Shown: positions 24,925 through 37,470 of the stretch, piece by piece
How positions within the stretch are numbered: position 1 is the first letter of the stretch
Layout: every line of letters begins with the position of its first letter
Source of the DNA: Camelus dromedarius
Taxonomy: Eukaryota
Length of the DNA stretch: 64,000 nucleotides
Assembly: GCF_036321535.1 (NCBI RefSeq)
Contig: NC_087437.1
Coordinates: 42,596,001 to 42,660,000, forward strand
Direction: 5' to 3'
Notes under the pieces: model-generated
Told to the model about the DNA's origin: nothing
Database searches by the model: none
What the model saw: only the letters and a program-made list of their open reading frames with translations
Made by a program: the position numbers and the translations under genes

Positions 24925-27334
24925 CAGTGGTAGATCCTAGGTTCAATCCTGGTATCTCCATTAAAAAATAATAACTTTTCTGATGGTCTCTCTGAATATC
25001 TTGGGGAAGGGTATTTTGCCTTAAATTCTGGATCAAAAACTTCAGTGAAGTTATTTAACCCTCTAGTTTGCTTCCAGAAAGATATTAAGGGTATCCCAGT
25101 AAGGCCAGGACAGAAGAAAAACAGTCTCTCTATCCCATTTCTTTTACAGCTGCTGGCAGCATAAGTGACTGCTGGCAGGATCACTTTGCTAAGCCACCTC
25201 ACAGCAGGGCAGAAAGACTGATGCCCAAGAGCCTACATCAGCTTTTTTGCATGTGGCAAAAGTGTGGGCTTTGTGTGGCAGCCTGATTTGCTCGTTTACG
25301 ACATTGTGCTCTTGGCTTGATGCTGAAGGCGTGGCATCCAGGCTTCCACGGGGCTCTCCGCTGAGGAGGGTATGTGCTGGAGCATGGCCTCCCTCTCTTC
25401 CCACTCAGAGCCAATAGAAATGGGGTTCTTCTGTGGCTTCTGCCCTCAATCCTGAAGATGATTAAGGAAGTAGGTGAGTAAGCAGAGTGTGTATACAAGA
25501 ATAGGGATTGGATTCTCCACTGAAGATACCTTCTCAAAGGAAATTGTTACAGCCCCAAGAAGAAATACTGCAACATAGAGTAGACGTGAAAATACAGATT
25601 ATCTTTGCTCCAGATCCTGACACATCCTCGCTATGTTTTAATATATTAATATTTTTGTTTTTCTAGAGATAGACAATCTTGAGACTTTGAACCTGTCTCA
25701 CATTGCTCTTATAAAGGAAAGGAGTAATATTATAAATAAATAAGTATATATATTCATGTATATTTAAATATTTCTGGTACATTATTGAATAACTCATTAG
25801 TGAATCGATTTAGAAAAAATTAGCTTTAAAATATTTATTACATTATAATTATAAATGTTATAATATTTATTATTTAAAATAGTGGGAATTTTGGACTGCT
25901 TTTGGCCGGACAACAAAATATCAGGTTTTCATCTTGTGATGGTAATAATTTGATAATTTAGAATTGGGCTTGTCTTTCATGAAGAGTCCAATATACACAG
26001 ATTGAAATTTTAAAATATAAAGATTTTAAAAGCTGGAATGTTTTGTAATAATCAGAGACGTTAAAATAAAAATTTTAATTTCCCTTTCTTCATCAAAGAT
26101 TTTCCTTGATTTTGAAAATAAATTAAGTGTCCAGATGAGAAATTGCAGCTTGTAACAAGTAAGCCATGCTAAAAACGAAAGTTTCAAATGATAGTTTTCA
26201 ATTTGACAAAAATTTTCTGCAGTTGAGGCGTTCTTTCCCAGTGCATGACATTTCTCTGGTGTCAATAAATGTTGCACGTGTGCAGAGAATGGGGAAAACA
26301 ATCAGTCCACGTGTCCTGTTGTTAAGCGTACACTGTTATTAATTATGCTTTCTTTGCTGCTACACAAACATAAACTTTGAAATTAGGTGTTTGCATTTGG
26401 GGGTCCTAATAACTCTCTATTATTTTCCTCATGTTTATCACGTTTTAAAGCTTATTGTTACATGAACCAAGAGTGTATGTGGGAAACTCATTTCCTCTGC
26501 AGACAGTAACATAATAATTTCTCCTTATACTTTAGCTAATCAAAAGAACCCTTTGCTCCCTCAGAAATCAACTTCCCAGGATAACTATGTAACAAGAAAG
26601 ACTATGTGTGGGAGAGACAGGTGAGAGGATCAAGAGTAAAGGGAAGCAATCAAAGTACAGGGAAAAGATGACTAGCAAAAGAGAAAAAAAATCAGATTTA
26701 TCTTCCTCTTCTAAACCTAAGGTGGGTGGTTCTTCCTGGTAAATTTTTAAGAGCAGTCAAAGTGCCCAGGATAAATCTTGCAGTAACCATAAACCTCAAA
26801 CATTTTCAGGATGATAGGATTATGACATTTTTTTCCTTATCTTTTTGCTGGAGGCTTTGGATAAATTGTGACCTTTAAACTGTGTGTCCAGTGTTGGTGG
26901 TTCAGTGAGTAGAATTCCTGTCACAACTAATTAGAAAATGTGATAAAATTATTACAGATTATTATCAAATTATTCCTTTAATGCTCCCAATATCAGGGTT
27001 GACCATAATTGCAGTAAATTGCTTCACTTACAAGATTAGATCTGGAAAGAACCTTGGGAATTTTCCAGCTCAATTCGTTGAATTGGAGATGACTTAAATG
27101 ACTTGGAGAGGCAGAAGTGACTTTTCTAAGGATTAATGGCTTTTTAATTCTATAGAATTTAAAATTAGAGTCTCAAATATTGTATTTCACTTTCTCTTTT
27201 GAAAATTAGGGCTTTACCTCCTGGGTTTTACCCTCCTATTTAAAAGCAGTCATAATAAATATTATTTTAAACTCTAAAGTATTTCATTTACTTTAGTTGT
27301 GCGGTGCACATGAGTGCTGTAGGATTTTAGAACA

Positions 27335-27694
27335 CGTCTGTCTGTGTGTCCTGGGCACTTGGTTGGGCATGTTCCCTTGCAGTTAGGTGTGGCCATGTGG
27401 GCCAGTGGAATGTAGGCAGGAATGATGTTCTTCCCAGGGTTAGCACATAAAACCTCCCCTAGTGTGATCTCTTATTTTCTTTCCTTATCAGCTGCCTAAA
27501 GAGGGAGGACTCCCAGGACATGGAGGAAGGCGTAGCTACAGGATGGAAGGAATATGGGTTCTCCTGTTGCTGACTGGAGGAGGACCAACCAGCAACACCC
27601 ACATTGGACTGCAGTGTGAGTGAGAAATCAGCCTTTATTGTTTTAACTTACTGATATTTTGGAGTTATTGTAGCAGTTAGTCTACCTTAATACA
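27335..27694 (+). mobile_element. Old MaLR LTR (MLT1I/J-like)
   Basis: cccttgcagttaggtgtggccatgtg...tgtgagtgagaaat...ttgtagcagttagtctaccttaataca. Confidence 0.7.
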
Positions 27695-28728
27695 TAAACA
27701 ATAATAAGGGAAAATTGGAATCTTCCCCATAATCCATTTTTCCCCACTAAGCTTTATGTATTATTTTAAAAAATAAAGAAAAAGATGGTATTTTAAAATA
27801 AAATAACTTCCCATTTAGCAGTGTGATAAATGCTTTTAATCCTCCTAAAGTTCATCTAAGTGAGTAGTACTATTGGATGAATATTATGATTGTATTGTTT
27901 TATCTTCAGAGTTAACATTATTACATTCAAAGGAAGCACTGCTATACTTTCAACCGATAAATGGTTGAGATGGGAACCTTTAGTCCTTAGTGGTCAATAT
28001 GGCTCTTTATCATTAATGATAAATTTTGAATGATGATTAGAATTTTCTAGAAAATGGAAAAATAAAAAATTTGAGCAATATTTTCCAATTTTGATCCTTT
28101 TAAACATATCGGGATTTAATTTGAAAGATTTCAGTTTTCTTTGAAATTTAGATTCAACCTAATGAGCAGATTTCCCTAAAGAGCAGACCATACCTGAGAC
28201 TTACTTATAAACCTCTTCATAATATCATTTATGCAATAGCCAAGATTGACATTTTAACGATGATTTTATTAATATAATATGTCAGAATAAAATATGTAAT
28301 AATTGATTGTTTGCCCCTGCCTTCATGATCGACATTTTAATGCTGAAATATTGCCTTGGATTTACCAGAGTTCTTTTATTAAGCAACCTTCACTATAAGT
28401 TCTGTATTTTTCTAATATAAGGAAAGATTTGTCAGCTGTGCCATTACATTTATTAGCCCAGTGGTGTGAAAATTATAAATATCTCCATGCAGTTTAAATC
28501 AAGATATTTAATTTTTACTTGCATTTTCTGGAAATTAACCAAATATTGTACAGACAGGTTACTTGTACCAAGGTAAGCAAATTTTTAATAGCTATTTTGA
28601 GTTCTTTACTTTGCAACCTATCCTGTTTAAAAACAGTCATGGTAAATACCATTTTAAATTCTAAAGTATTTAATTTACCTTAGTTTTGCAGTGTATGTGA
28701 GTGCTATAGAATTTTGGAACATATACAT

Positions 28729-28746
28729 GTGTGTGTGTGTCCATAT

Positions 28747-28786
<40 letters not shown>

Positions 28787-28813
28787 TGTGTCTGCGCGCG
28801 TGCGCACGTGCAC
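28729..28813. repeat. (TG)n microsatellite running into alternating CG/TG
   Basis: tgtg... followed by tgcgcgcgtgcgcacgtgcac. Confidence 0.9.
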
Positions 28814-30274
28814 TCCAGGGTTCACTATCCAGTCTGATTAGGATTAGGGTTAAGGTTGTGATTATATACTTCCATTAGCTGAATAACTTCAGCATTTAAT
28901 GCCCCAAATTTACTCTGTATTAATTTTTAATCATTTATATTTTGTAGCACAATTTTATTTCCATGTCCCTTCAGCATGGAACTAAAGAGATGGAAGGGGG
29001 CTCAGGTATTATTTTAAAATCACTCAACTGTTACCAAGGAAATGAGACTTGTTAGTTCTGGTGAGTCACATGAGGTCAGAAAATTAAGAGACAGAAGCAA
29101 GACAAGAACACAAGTCTTCTAAGCCAGTACTTTGTCTTACACTGAATTTTTATCGTAATTAAATTGTATAATATCAAATATTACTTTCCTCTTTCTTTTT
29201 CCATGATTATCTTATCCCTGTCTTCAAAGACAAGAAAAATTTGACTTTAATGCTAAAAAAGAAACAAATAGGCCACATCAAAACTAAACCAGGTCAAGAT
29301 CCCCTCATTACAGTAATCCTAACACAAAACAGAATATTCATCCTTCACACCTACTGGCCACAATAAGACTGTTTTGTCCACTGGCTGCTCATTAGATTTA
29401 GGATATGCTATCATTTAGCATGCCTGTCTCAAAGAGAAATATTTACAAAAATTAAATGAAAGGCTCCTTGATAGGGGAAGTTAATAATGTGCTTGGGTTG
29501 GTCTAGCTTATTTAATGGCAAAGCACATATAATTTATAAATAGAATTTAAAGTGTGTTCTTGTTCTAAAGACCCTGAATAATTTTATGCTTGCACATTAG
29601 AGAAACACCAACAGATAGAAACTCAGAACTACAAGTCTGGGTTTCAGCAGCCTCCAGACTCTTTAGGATCCCACAGAGCTTTCATTCTTGATGACTTAAA
29701 ATGAATCACCAAAAGGTATCACAGGAATACGTAGCTGCTTTACTGGTAATTATTTCATAAGCACAACTGGGTATTGCTAATGAGCTTTAGCCTCTGTGTT
29801 CAGTGGTAAATGTCAACGCAGTTTGAACCCTTTTTTGTCATTGTACATTTCATCTCTATGCTTCATTTAGTTTTACAAAAGTAGGTATTCCTTTCCTTAA
29901 TGGTAAGTATGTTATTTCTGATTGTATTTCTTGACTGGTGCTTTTAGATTGGGTGTGGCTTGCTGGTACACACAGTAGATTTAATGGTAAGATTGGGACA
30001 AGAACTCGGTAACTGGGTTCCCAGACTTGTACTGTTTTTTCCACCAAGAGTTTGTCTTATCTCTTGGGTTACTACGTAAGATGACTTTGAGTGGAAAACT
30101 CAAGGTGCCCTTGAAAAAAGTGTGTATTGGAGAAGAGGTTGAAAGAGTCCAAGGATGTTTAATTTGGAGACAAGACTTAGGTTGTACGGACTAACTGTTA
30201 CCAGAGAGGAACCTGCGCTTGTACTCTGCCTGTGTAGGTTTTGTTGATAATTTACTGATAAATCTGGAAAACTC

Positions 30275-30512
30275 ATTAATTAATTAAATGTGTTCACTGT
30301 GCATTGGCAAAGTGCTATAGATATATTATTTTGTTTATTTGTTAAGGCAACACTGGAAAACAAGCATTATTATCCCACTTAACAAATGAGAAAACCTCAG
30401 TCTTTATCTATTACAAGATGTAGGAGGTCTCATGGCTGCTTAGTGACCGAGCTGGGATTCAAGTCAGTTTTATATCAGTCGGAGCCTTGTCCTCTGAGCC
30501 ATTTATGCCACG
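30275..30512 (-). mobile_element. MIR SINE
   Basis: attattatcccacttaacaaatgagaaaac...gagctgggattcaag. Confidence 0.65.
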
Positions 30513-32455
30513 CGGACTCATAAATGAGGTCGATAGCCCTGTTCAGCCCTAAGACGGGATTACAAATATAAGAATCCTTAGCAGGAGGAAAAAAGTTCTA
30601 ATAGATAGAGCCTTCCAGCGAGAGAACTGGTCATTTTGGAAGCAAGTAGCTCCATGGCCCTGGTGGTGCGCAGACCAAAGAGGGGTGTTGATCTATCTGG
30701 AAGCCAGTGAAAGGGGCTACTGTGCTGTGTAGAAATGTGCCTATAGTGCTAGAGTCCATTACTCAAAGTTTGTCCTTGGTGTACACCTACCTCCCCGGAA
30801 TTTCTTTTCTCCCTCAAGTTTCAATCTTGCCTAGACACCAGATACCTCTTCTTTTTCTTCCTATGTCTTTCATTTGCCTTTAATTAATCTTTTCTGGGCT
30901 GTAGCTCCTTACCGAGGACTTTGTATTTTAGAAGGCAACGGGTTACAGGAGAATGATATTATGGGGCAAATGTCCCCCTATAAATACCTTCCCGTCATCA
31001 AGATGTCTCAGAAGGGGGATAATTGCTACTGAGAAATGTAACAGGCTTGTCAGAGTGTGTATATAAAAAAGTGTATACATACACATGCACGCACACATGC
31101 ACATACACTCTGTGACAACAAAAACACATGACAACTTCAAGTGATACGAAATGAAATGAAATGCTGTCTTCAAGAGACCTGCCACGCTACTTCCAGGTTA
31201 TCTGTCGAGTCTCTAGTTTTATCTCTGATTTGTGTCTTATATGTGAATGTTAAAGCAGGCCCACCTCCACCTGATAAAGAATAAATAAAATGAAGACTTT
31301 CCATGCTAATTATGATGTTTTCCATCCCTTTAGGTTTGGGCTTGAAATAGTCCTCCCAAAGTCTTCTGGAGGTTTATTACTGTCTTTTGTACGTTGCTGA
31401 GTCCTAGTTTAGACCGTGCCATATAAAATAGCACCTGTACTTTCTTGGATAAAAATAGGTTAGGTTAACAGTTACTTTATGATCCTGAAAAAAAGTTAAC
31501 CATACTGCATGTTAGAAGTTGATATTTAAAATGCCAAGGTCTCATTATTTGGAAGAGGGGAGATTATGAAAAAGAAGTGATTCCACCAGGAACTATGGCA
31601 CAGGAAGGGTAGGCAATCTTAAAAAATTAGTGAGGAAAATACAATCGTATGACTTCAAGAAAAGAGGAGAATTGATTTTTAATTGGTGTGCAATACCACT
31701 GAAAGAATGGCTGAATATAAATAAAAACATTAAAAGCTTTGAGCTTTACTGATTATCTTATACCTGGGTGCACACAGCTTAAAATATTTCATGATTTCAT
31801 GGAATAGTTATTCCACATCTCCAACTGCTAAAAAAAAAAGTGACCTCAATTTCTCTGCAAGGTTGTAAATCAATAACCCATAAAAAATCTATGGGAAATA
31901 TAAAAGATAACCATAAACCTCTCTAAATTTGGTTTTGCTCGTAACAATTTTTGATTTTCGGATGCAAACAAAAACAAAGAAGGAATCAACAAGTTCACAA
32001 ATTTAAACTGGAAGGCAAGCCTCTATGTGAACAAAATAACCTCATGGCAACCTAGCAGAATAGCCACAGGACTTCTGGGAGTCAAGTGGCTAGACCTAAA
32101 TTTGTTGAAGTAAAAGAAGGCTCGGATTGCCTTAGATCTCGGAAACCCACATCATTTTCAAATGAGAAAAAAAGAAAAAGAAATTTAGAAGTAACTTTTT
32201 TTTTTCTCCCTTGAGAACTGTCGGAAACCCAAAAAGCTTTTTAGGAAGGGGAAAAAAAGAAAAGGAAAAGCTGACTCTATTTAATAATCACCTATGGTTA
32301 TTACTGCAAAACTGAACCAGCACCATGAAAAAAATATATATATATTTCTGAAGAAGAGTATTAAGTAGCTATTTCTCAGGAGTGGGTGAGGATTAATTTT
32401 CTTGCCTGCGGTGACGCCACTCTTACAGCCGGTAGGGCTGAGGCCCGAGTGAAGT

Positions 32456-32475
32456 GTGCTGCCCCCTGCAGGGCA
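32456..32475 (-). promoter_or_regulatory. Candidate CTCF site
   Basis: Minus strand TGCCCTGCAGGGGGCAGCAC fits the CTCF core CC(A/T)SYAGRKGGCR; sits in a locally CpG-rich non-repeat patch. Confidence 0.6.
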
Positions 32476-32842
32476 CATTCTGAGGCACCGTCCCCCAATT
32501 CTTCCCTGACCTGGATGTCTGACACTGTTTTAGCAGGAGACAGATCTGTTTATTTCTCAGTGACAATTAGGGCTCTGAAGGCAGACAACCTCCGAAAAGG
32601 TGGCACTCGGACTAGAATTCACACTGAGGGGAAGTAACTGAATGTTCGACTCATTTTTCAAAGACAGCTTTGGCTCTTGCCATGGTTGTGTGGGACTGAG
32701 GAAGAGGGACAGTGCGGTGAGGAGGGAGGTGGGGGCAGGGAGACGCAGCCTCACCCACTTGACGGTCTGGCCAAATCAGTGCCACCAAATACGTATACCC
32801 GCACTGATACGTACGTGTGGATTTAACATGTGCATGGTTCAG

Positions 32843-32912
32843 GTTCCTTTCTCCCTCCCTCCCTCCCTCCCTCTCTTCTTCCTCCATTTCCTTCCTTTCT
32901 TCCTTCCTTCCC
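32843..32912. repeat. Polypyrimidine (CCCT/CCTT)n tract
   Basis: ttcctttctccctccctccctccctccctctcttcttcctccatttccttcctttcttccttccttccc. Confidence 0.85.
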
Positions 32913-33764
32913 AATGCCTGAGACTCTCACAGACCATCCATAGAAAAACCACACAAAACTGTACAAACGGAAAATAATGTCACGGTCACTATCTCCTTTC
33001 TGGGAACACTCAACCTTGTATCGAATAGATGCCTCAATTATATCTTTCATTTAAAAGTGAACCTCGCCTCCTGGCACACTACCTCAAATAGCATCAAAGC
33101 AAAATGAAACACAGGCAGCGTTTAACAACGCTGGTAACCATAGAAACATATCATTAAAGAATATATAAACAGGAATGAATAATTAGAGGAGAAATTCATT
33201 TCTACATTTATCTTTTTCCAAGACCCAGGAAAAGCAGCTCTCTTATACCTCTCATCTTAATTTGGATGCTTCCTCTTTAGCCTGCCTTCTGACTGAAAAA
33301 TATGAGAATTCATGAAATGAGAATTTTAATATTACCTAGCTTAATGGACAAGTCTCTTTGTAGGCAGGTGACTAAAAAACATTGCAAGGATGCCCATTGT
33401 TGTCTAGATATAACATTGAATGCAAGAGAGGACCCTGAGGCAGCCAAGGAATTTGCTTTGGGGATGGGAGGTGGGCAGGAAAACCTGACTTATATCATGG
33501 CGAGAAGGGGAGAGCAGTTGTTGATGTTTAAAAATGGAAGCACGGTTTGCCTCACTTACTGGGGGCATTTCTAGAGTGGAGCATGTAGGAGGGGAGGACT
33601 CTGGGGCTTGTGGATTATATCTGTGGCATTTTCAGGTAGTCAACATCACCTTTACAGCTCGTTGGCCACTCTACCTTTGCACCTAGGAAAGTCCTGCATA
33701 AACTCCATGGTTGGCTGAATTGGTCATTAACTTAAAAAATTATAAATGGTCTCAGAGAACATCT

Positions 33765-33918
33765 AGCCCATGGTTGTGCATCAGAATCACCTGGAAGGGG
33801 CAGTAGACAAATATGACTTTTAGGCCCTCACTCAACTCTGGGAATCCAATATTTCAGATGTTTTCCCAAGTGACTCTTATACAGATGGTCACTAGACCAG
33901 TGTTTGAGAACCATTTTC
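33765..33918. mobile_element. MER5-like hAT MITE
   Basis: gcatcagaatcacctgga...ccaagtgactcttatacag...gtttgagaaccat. Confidence 0.65.
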
Positions 33919-33969
33919 CTAAGCCAACTTCGTCATCATAAAACAGTATAAACTAAAGTCTAGAGCAGT

Positions 33970-34409
33970 TGTGGTAGATTGAGTTGTTGATCTCAACTTG
34001 CTCCCTCCCTAAAACGATATCACATCCACAGCTTTGTCATGGCTTTGCAGTAAGCAGAAGAGTCTTACTCCTTGTCCTTGGGCTTGACCATATGGTTTTC
34101 TTTGGCTAATGGGATGTTAGCAAGCATGGCAGGAGCAGAGGCTTAAAATGTGCCTTACTGGTTTTGCTTACTCTCAGAATCCTGCATTTTGCTGTAAGGA
34201 CAGACATCAAGTAGTTACAGGTCAAAGGAGGATAAGAGACATGTGGATCACACTTGGGCCTCTTTGCAGCTTAGAGGTAAGCTTAGCAGAGCCCAGCTAA
34301 GACCAGCCTAGATCAGACAAACCCAAGCTAACTGGCTTATTATTATAAGTCACTGGGTCTCAGAGTGATTTGTTATATAGTATTATTGTAGCAGTAGCTG
34401 ACTAATACA
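33970..34409 (+). mobile_element. MaLR solo LTR (MLT1H-like)
   Basis: tgtggtagatt...ctttggctaatgggatgttagca...gatttgttatatagtattattgtagcagtagctgactaataca. Confidence 0.75.
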
Positions 34410-35894
34410 GGAATGAAGCGACTTCATCCAAAATTGAATCCTTGCATTGAAACTATTTAAGTTATATATCATGACTCTTAGGCTTGATCTCATTTACTGC
34501 TTTACATTGCCTGTTTCTTTTTGCTTCCTTTCCTCCACTGAGTTAAGCACAGATACCCATGAGCTTCATAAGGTCCTTCTGTTCGGTCTACTTTCCCTGT
34601 ATTCCAGAACACGGTCACCTTTCCTCATCAGAGCTTACCTTTCCTTCCATCGTGTACCTTCAGGATTCTGTTTTCATGTTTCCGAAGAGACTAAGAAAGT
34701 CTCAAACTAATTCCCACACCTGTGTCAAGGGGTCACCAATTAACAGGTTAAACACTTCTAGATAAAATTTCTTTTTTTTAAGATTTCTTTTTCATATTAC
34801 TTGGGGAGGACTAGAGACTTAATGCCAAATGGTGGGAATTTAAGCACAATATATGGCAATTGATAGGGAAAATATTTTTAGGTGAGTGGCTTTGGCGCTT
34901 CTCAAATTATATCTGATCTACATACTATAATCCCTTACTTGTTCTCAGACACTTCCTGTCCAAATATTTTATAAACTCTCTGCTTGACCGGCCAAATAAA
35001 TAGACTATAAACGTAGGCCATTAAGAGAAATGCTCATATGGTACTTCTATTTTGTTCTCTCTGTGGAAAAATTTTTCACAGGGAAGCAAATCTTTAGAGA
35101 GAACACATTTTTTTCCCTTCTCCCGAACATGTAGGTGTTTTGTTAAAGATAATAAATTTTTGTTTTTTTAAAGATAAATTTTTTTTTTGTGGATCCTTGA
35201 CCTTACTTTGCCTGTAATTTCATGTTGAAGATCTTATTTTTATTTGGAGGTTGAGATATCACACATTTTACCAGGTAAATGACTAATACTGGAATGATTT
35301 TACCCTATCAAGAAGATAAACAAAGAACTGGAATGAAAAAGGTAGCCTAAGAGATCAGCTTCCGTTCAGTGTTAAGCTGTCCTACACCATTCTCTGGTTA
35401 GTGCACAGAAATGCATTAGCGTGCTGCTACCTTGATAGCTACTTGTGAAAGAAGAAGCTAATAGCTAAAACCTTAGAATTTGCATGGAAAAATTTGTGAG
35501 CACAGAAATCAGTGAAGTAAAAAACTTCTGGAAAAAGGCAGTCTTCTCCAAATATTCTGATGAATCCCAAACTCAACTAAAGCACAAAAGGTATCCACAA
35601 TTTAGAATTTAAAACACACAGACACACACACACATACTTGTCAAATTAATACAAGGACTGAATTTTTAAATTGAAAACAAAACAACTATTCCAAATTCTC
35701 AACTTTATTGGTTTGAGTTTCATGCAAAACCAGTATTTAATTTGGTTGACTGATTAACTTAACATATATGTTTACTAAGCTGCTTTTTGCAATTCACTTT
35801 GATGGTACTATAGAAGAAAACCAGATTAAGAAGGGGTGTCTAATTTAAGTACTAGTTGTTTTTCTTTGTAAATATTTTGTGCTGGAATTATATT

Positions 35895-36012
35895 GCTTTT
35901 GAAACAAGGTGATGTCTGTTTTGTTCACTGCTGTATTTCCCCTACATAGCACAGTGCCTAATGCAGTCACTAATGAGTGCTTCATAAATATTTGCTGAAT
36001 GAGAATGAGTGA
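35895..36012 (+). mobile_element. L2 3' tail
   Basis: ttgttcactgctgtatttcc...agcacagtgcct...ataaatatttgctgaatgagaatga. Confidence 0.75.
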
Positions 36013-36239
36013 CAGATACAATCTGAGAGTAGAGAAGAAAGCTATCCACTTAATTAAGAGGAGTCTGGAGACACTGGATTGGAAAGGTTTCCAGCTTGAA
36101 TGACTGCAGTGCGGTTGGAGGAGGCACTACATGACACTATCATTCTGGGTGCTGTTTTTCACTTCGAGTGCTGGAAGCAGTAAATCTCTCCCGTTAGGCC
36201 CAATACCAAAGAGAAAAGGGGCTGTTGCAAAGAGTAGTG

Positions 36240-37470
36240 CAAGGGTCTTATCCTGTGGTCTGTGAACCCCTGAAAGCCATGGAAGGGCCTTAGGGGACTA
36301 CACACTATGCACCATCTTGCTCAAGCATGTCCCTGGGGAAAATCTTTAGTTTGTCAGTGCTGCCAGCTCCTGATTTTGTCCTTTGAAATATTTCTTTTTG
36401 GTGAGCTCTCTTTGGAAACCATTTAGGCCATTGATATCTGTAAGATGGTGCACATTTCAATGCCAAATACAACTTGAATTGGATGGAAAGTCTTGGTATT
36501 CTCTGCACAGATGGAGGACCCGAGAAGTTGGCACTGCCTCAGCTTCTGCTGCTTCACTGAGGAAAGATGCTCCACATGTCAGGCTTTTTACATGGGCTTG
36601 TGTTGGTGTCAACAACCCTTCCAACAATCCCCAAAGAGGTCTTTCTACTTCTGTGAAAACCTTCAACTTCCTCAGAGCCAAGAACTCAAATCAGTGCCTT
36701 TTCAGTAAATCTTTGTCAAGATACAAGAGCACCCCATGAGATTCTTTTCTATGAGAGAATTTTGTTGGCAATCCAGAGAAGAGATTTAGGAGAGATTTGG
36801 TTTGGTTAATTCCTTAAAATTTTTAAGAGAAAAGAAAACCCCATCTTAGAACAAATTGGTGGTGAGAAGTTCATTCTAGGACTAGCTTTATAATGGCTCA
36901 TATCTTAGTCACATAAATGAGGCAAATCTTTTGATTGAAATGCTGAATTTACTATCAGAAATATTGCTGAAGAATAATGAGCTTTTTTGGTTGGGCTTCT
37001 ATTCTAAATGAGGTGACTGGATGAAAAAGATGAATTTTCCAATGCTGAAGGTGAGACTGACAAAGTCTTAAGAGTTTCTGGGGACAAAAATCTACAGACA
37101 CTCTGCAAATGGCTTATCTCTTATGAGTGTTACTTTTTGTCCAGATGACTTTAAAATTGAAACCCATTGCTGACAGAGATAGCCTTGATGTTAAAGAGTT
37201 AATAAAGATAATCTGAGGACAAAGGAAATGATGTAACATGAATTCGGGGATTTCTTGACACATGAAGCACATGAGATATCGTGAGCTACAGGAGCTCTGA
37301 CTCCATTTGCTACTAGAGACTTTGTGAAGCAGAATTTTACCTCTTATTGCCCTCAAATGGAACGTTGACACTGATGCAGTGTCAAATATGGTATTTCAGG
37401 TTCTTATTCTAGAAAAATTGTATAACGTTCTCACAAGCGTGGAAAAGCCATGATTCTCTGTCAGTGCTGC
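36240..37470 (+). mobile_element. hAT (Charlie/Buster group) DNA transposon remnant carrying a frameshifted transposase
   Basis: Hand translation across frames gives FLFGELSLETI*AIDICKMV, NWMESLGILCTDGGP, LRKDAPHV, STSVKTFNFLRAKNSNQCLF, HEILFY..CWQSR, SHINEANL, ATGALTPFAT..LCEAEF, collinear with hAT motifs CTDGAP, RWLSR and PFATTYLCE. Confidence 0.85.

Noticed and set aside
28837..28857. Telomere-like ttaggattagggttaagg
   Set aside because: Only one perfect TTAGGG; too short to call an interstitial telomeric repeat
36305..36739. ORFs up to 118 aa as a possible small gene
   Set aside because: Pieces of a frameshifted hAT transposase fossil
37365..37385. 9-bp inverted repeat ttgacactg-atg-cagtgtcaa
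   Set aside because: Short, inside the hAT fossil and expected by chance
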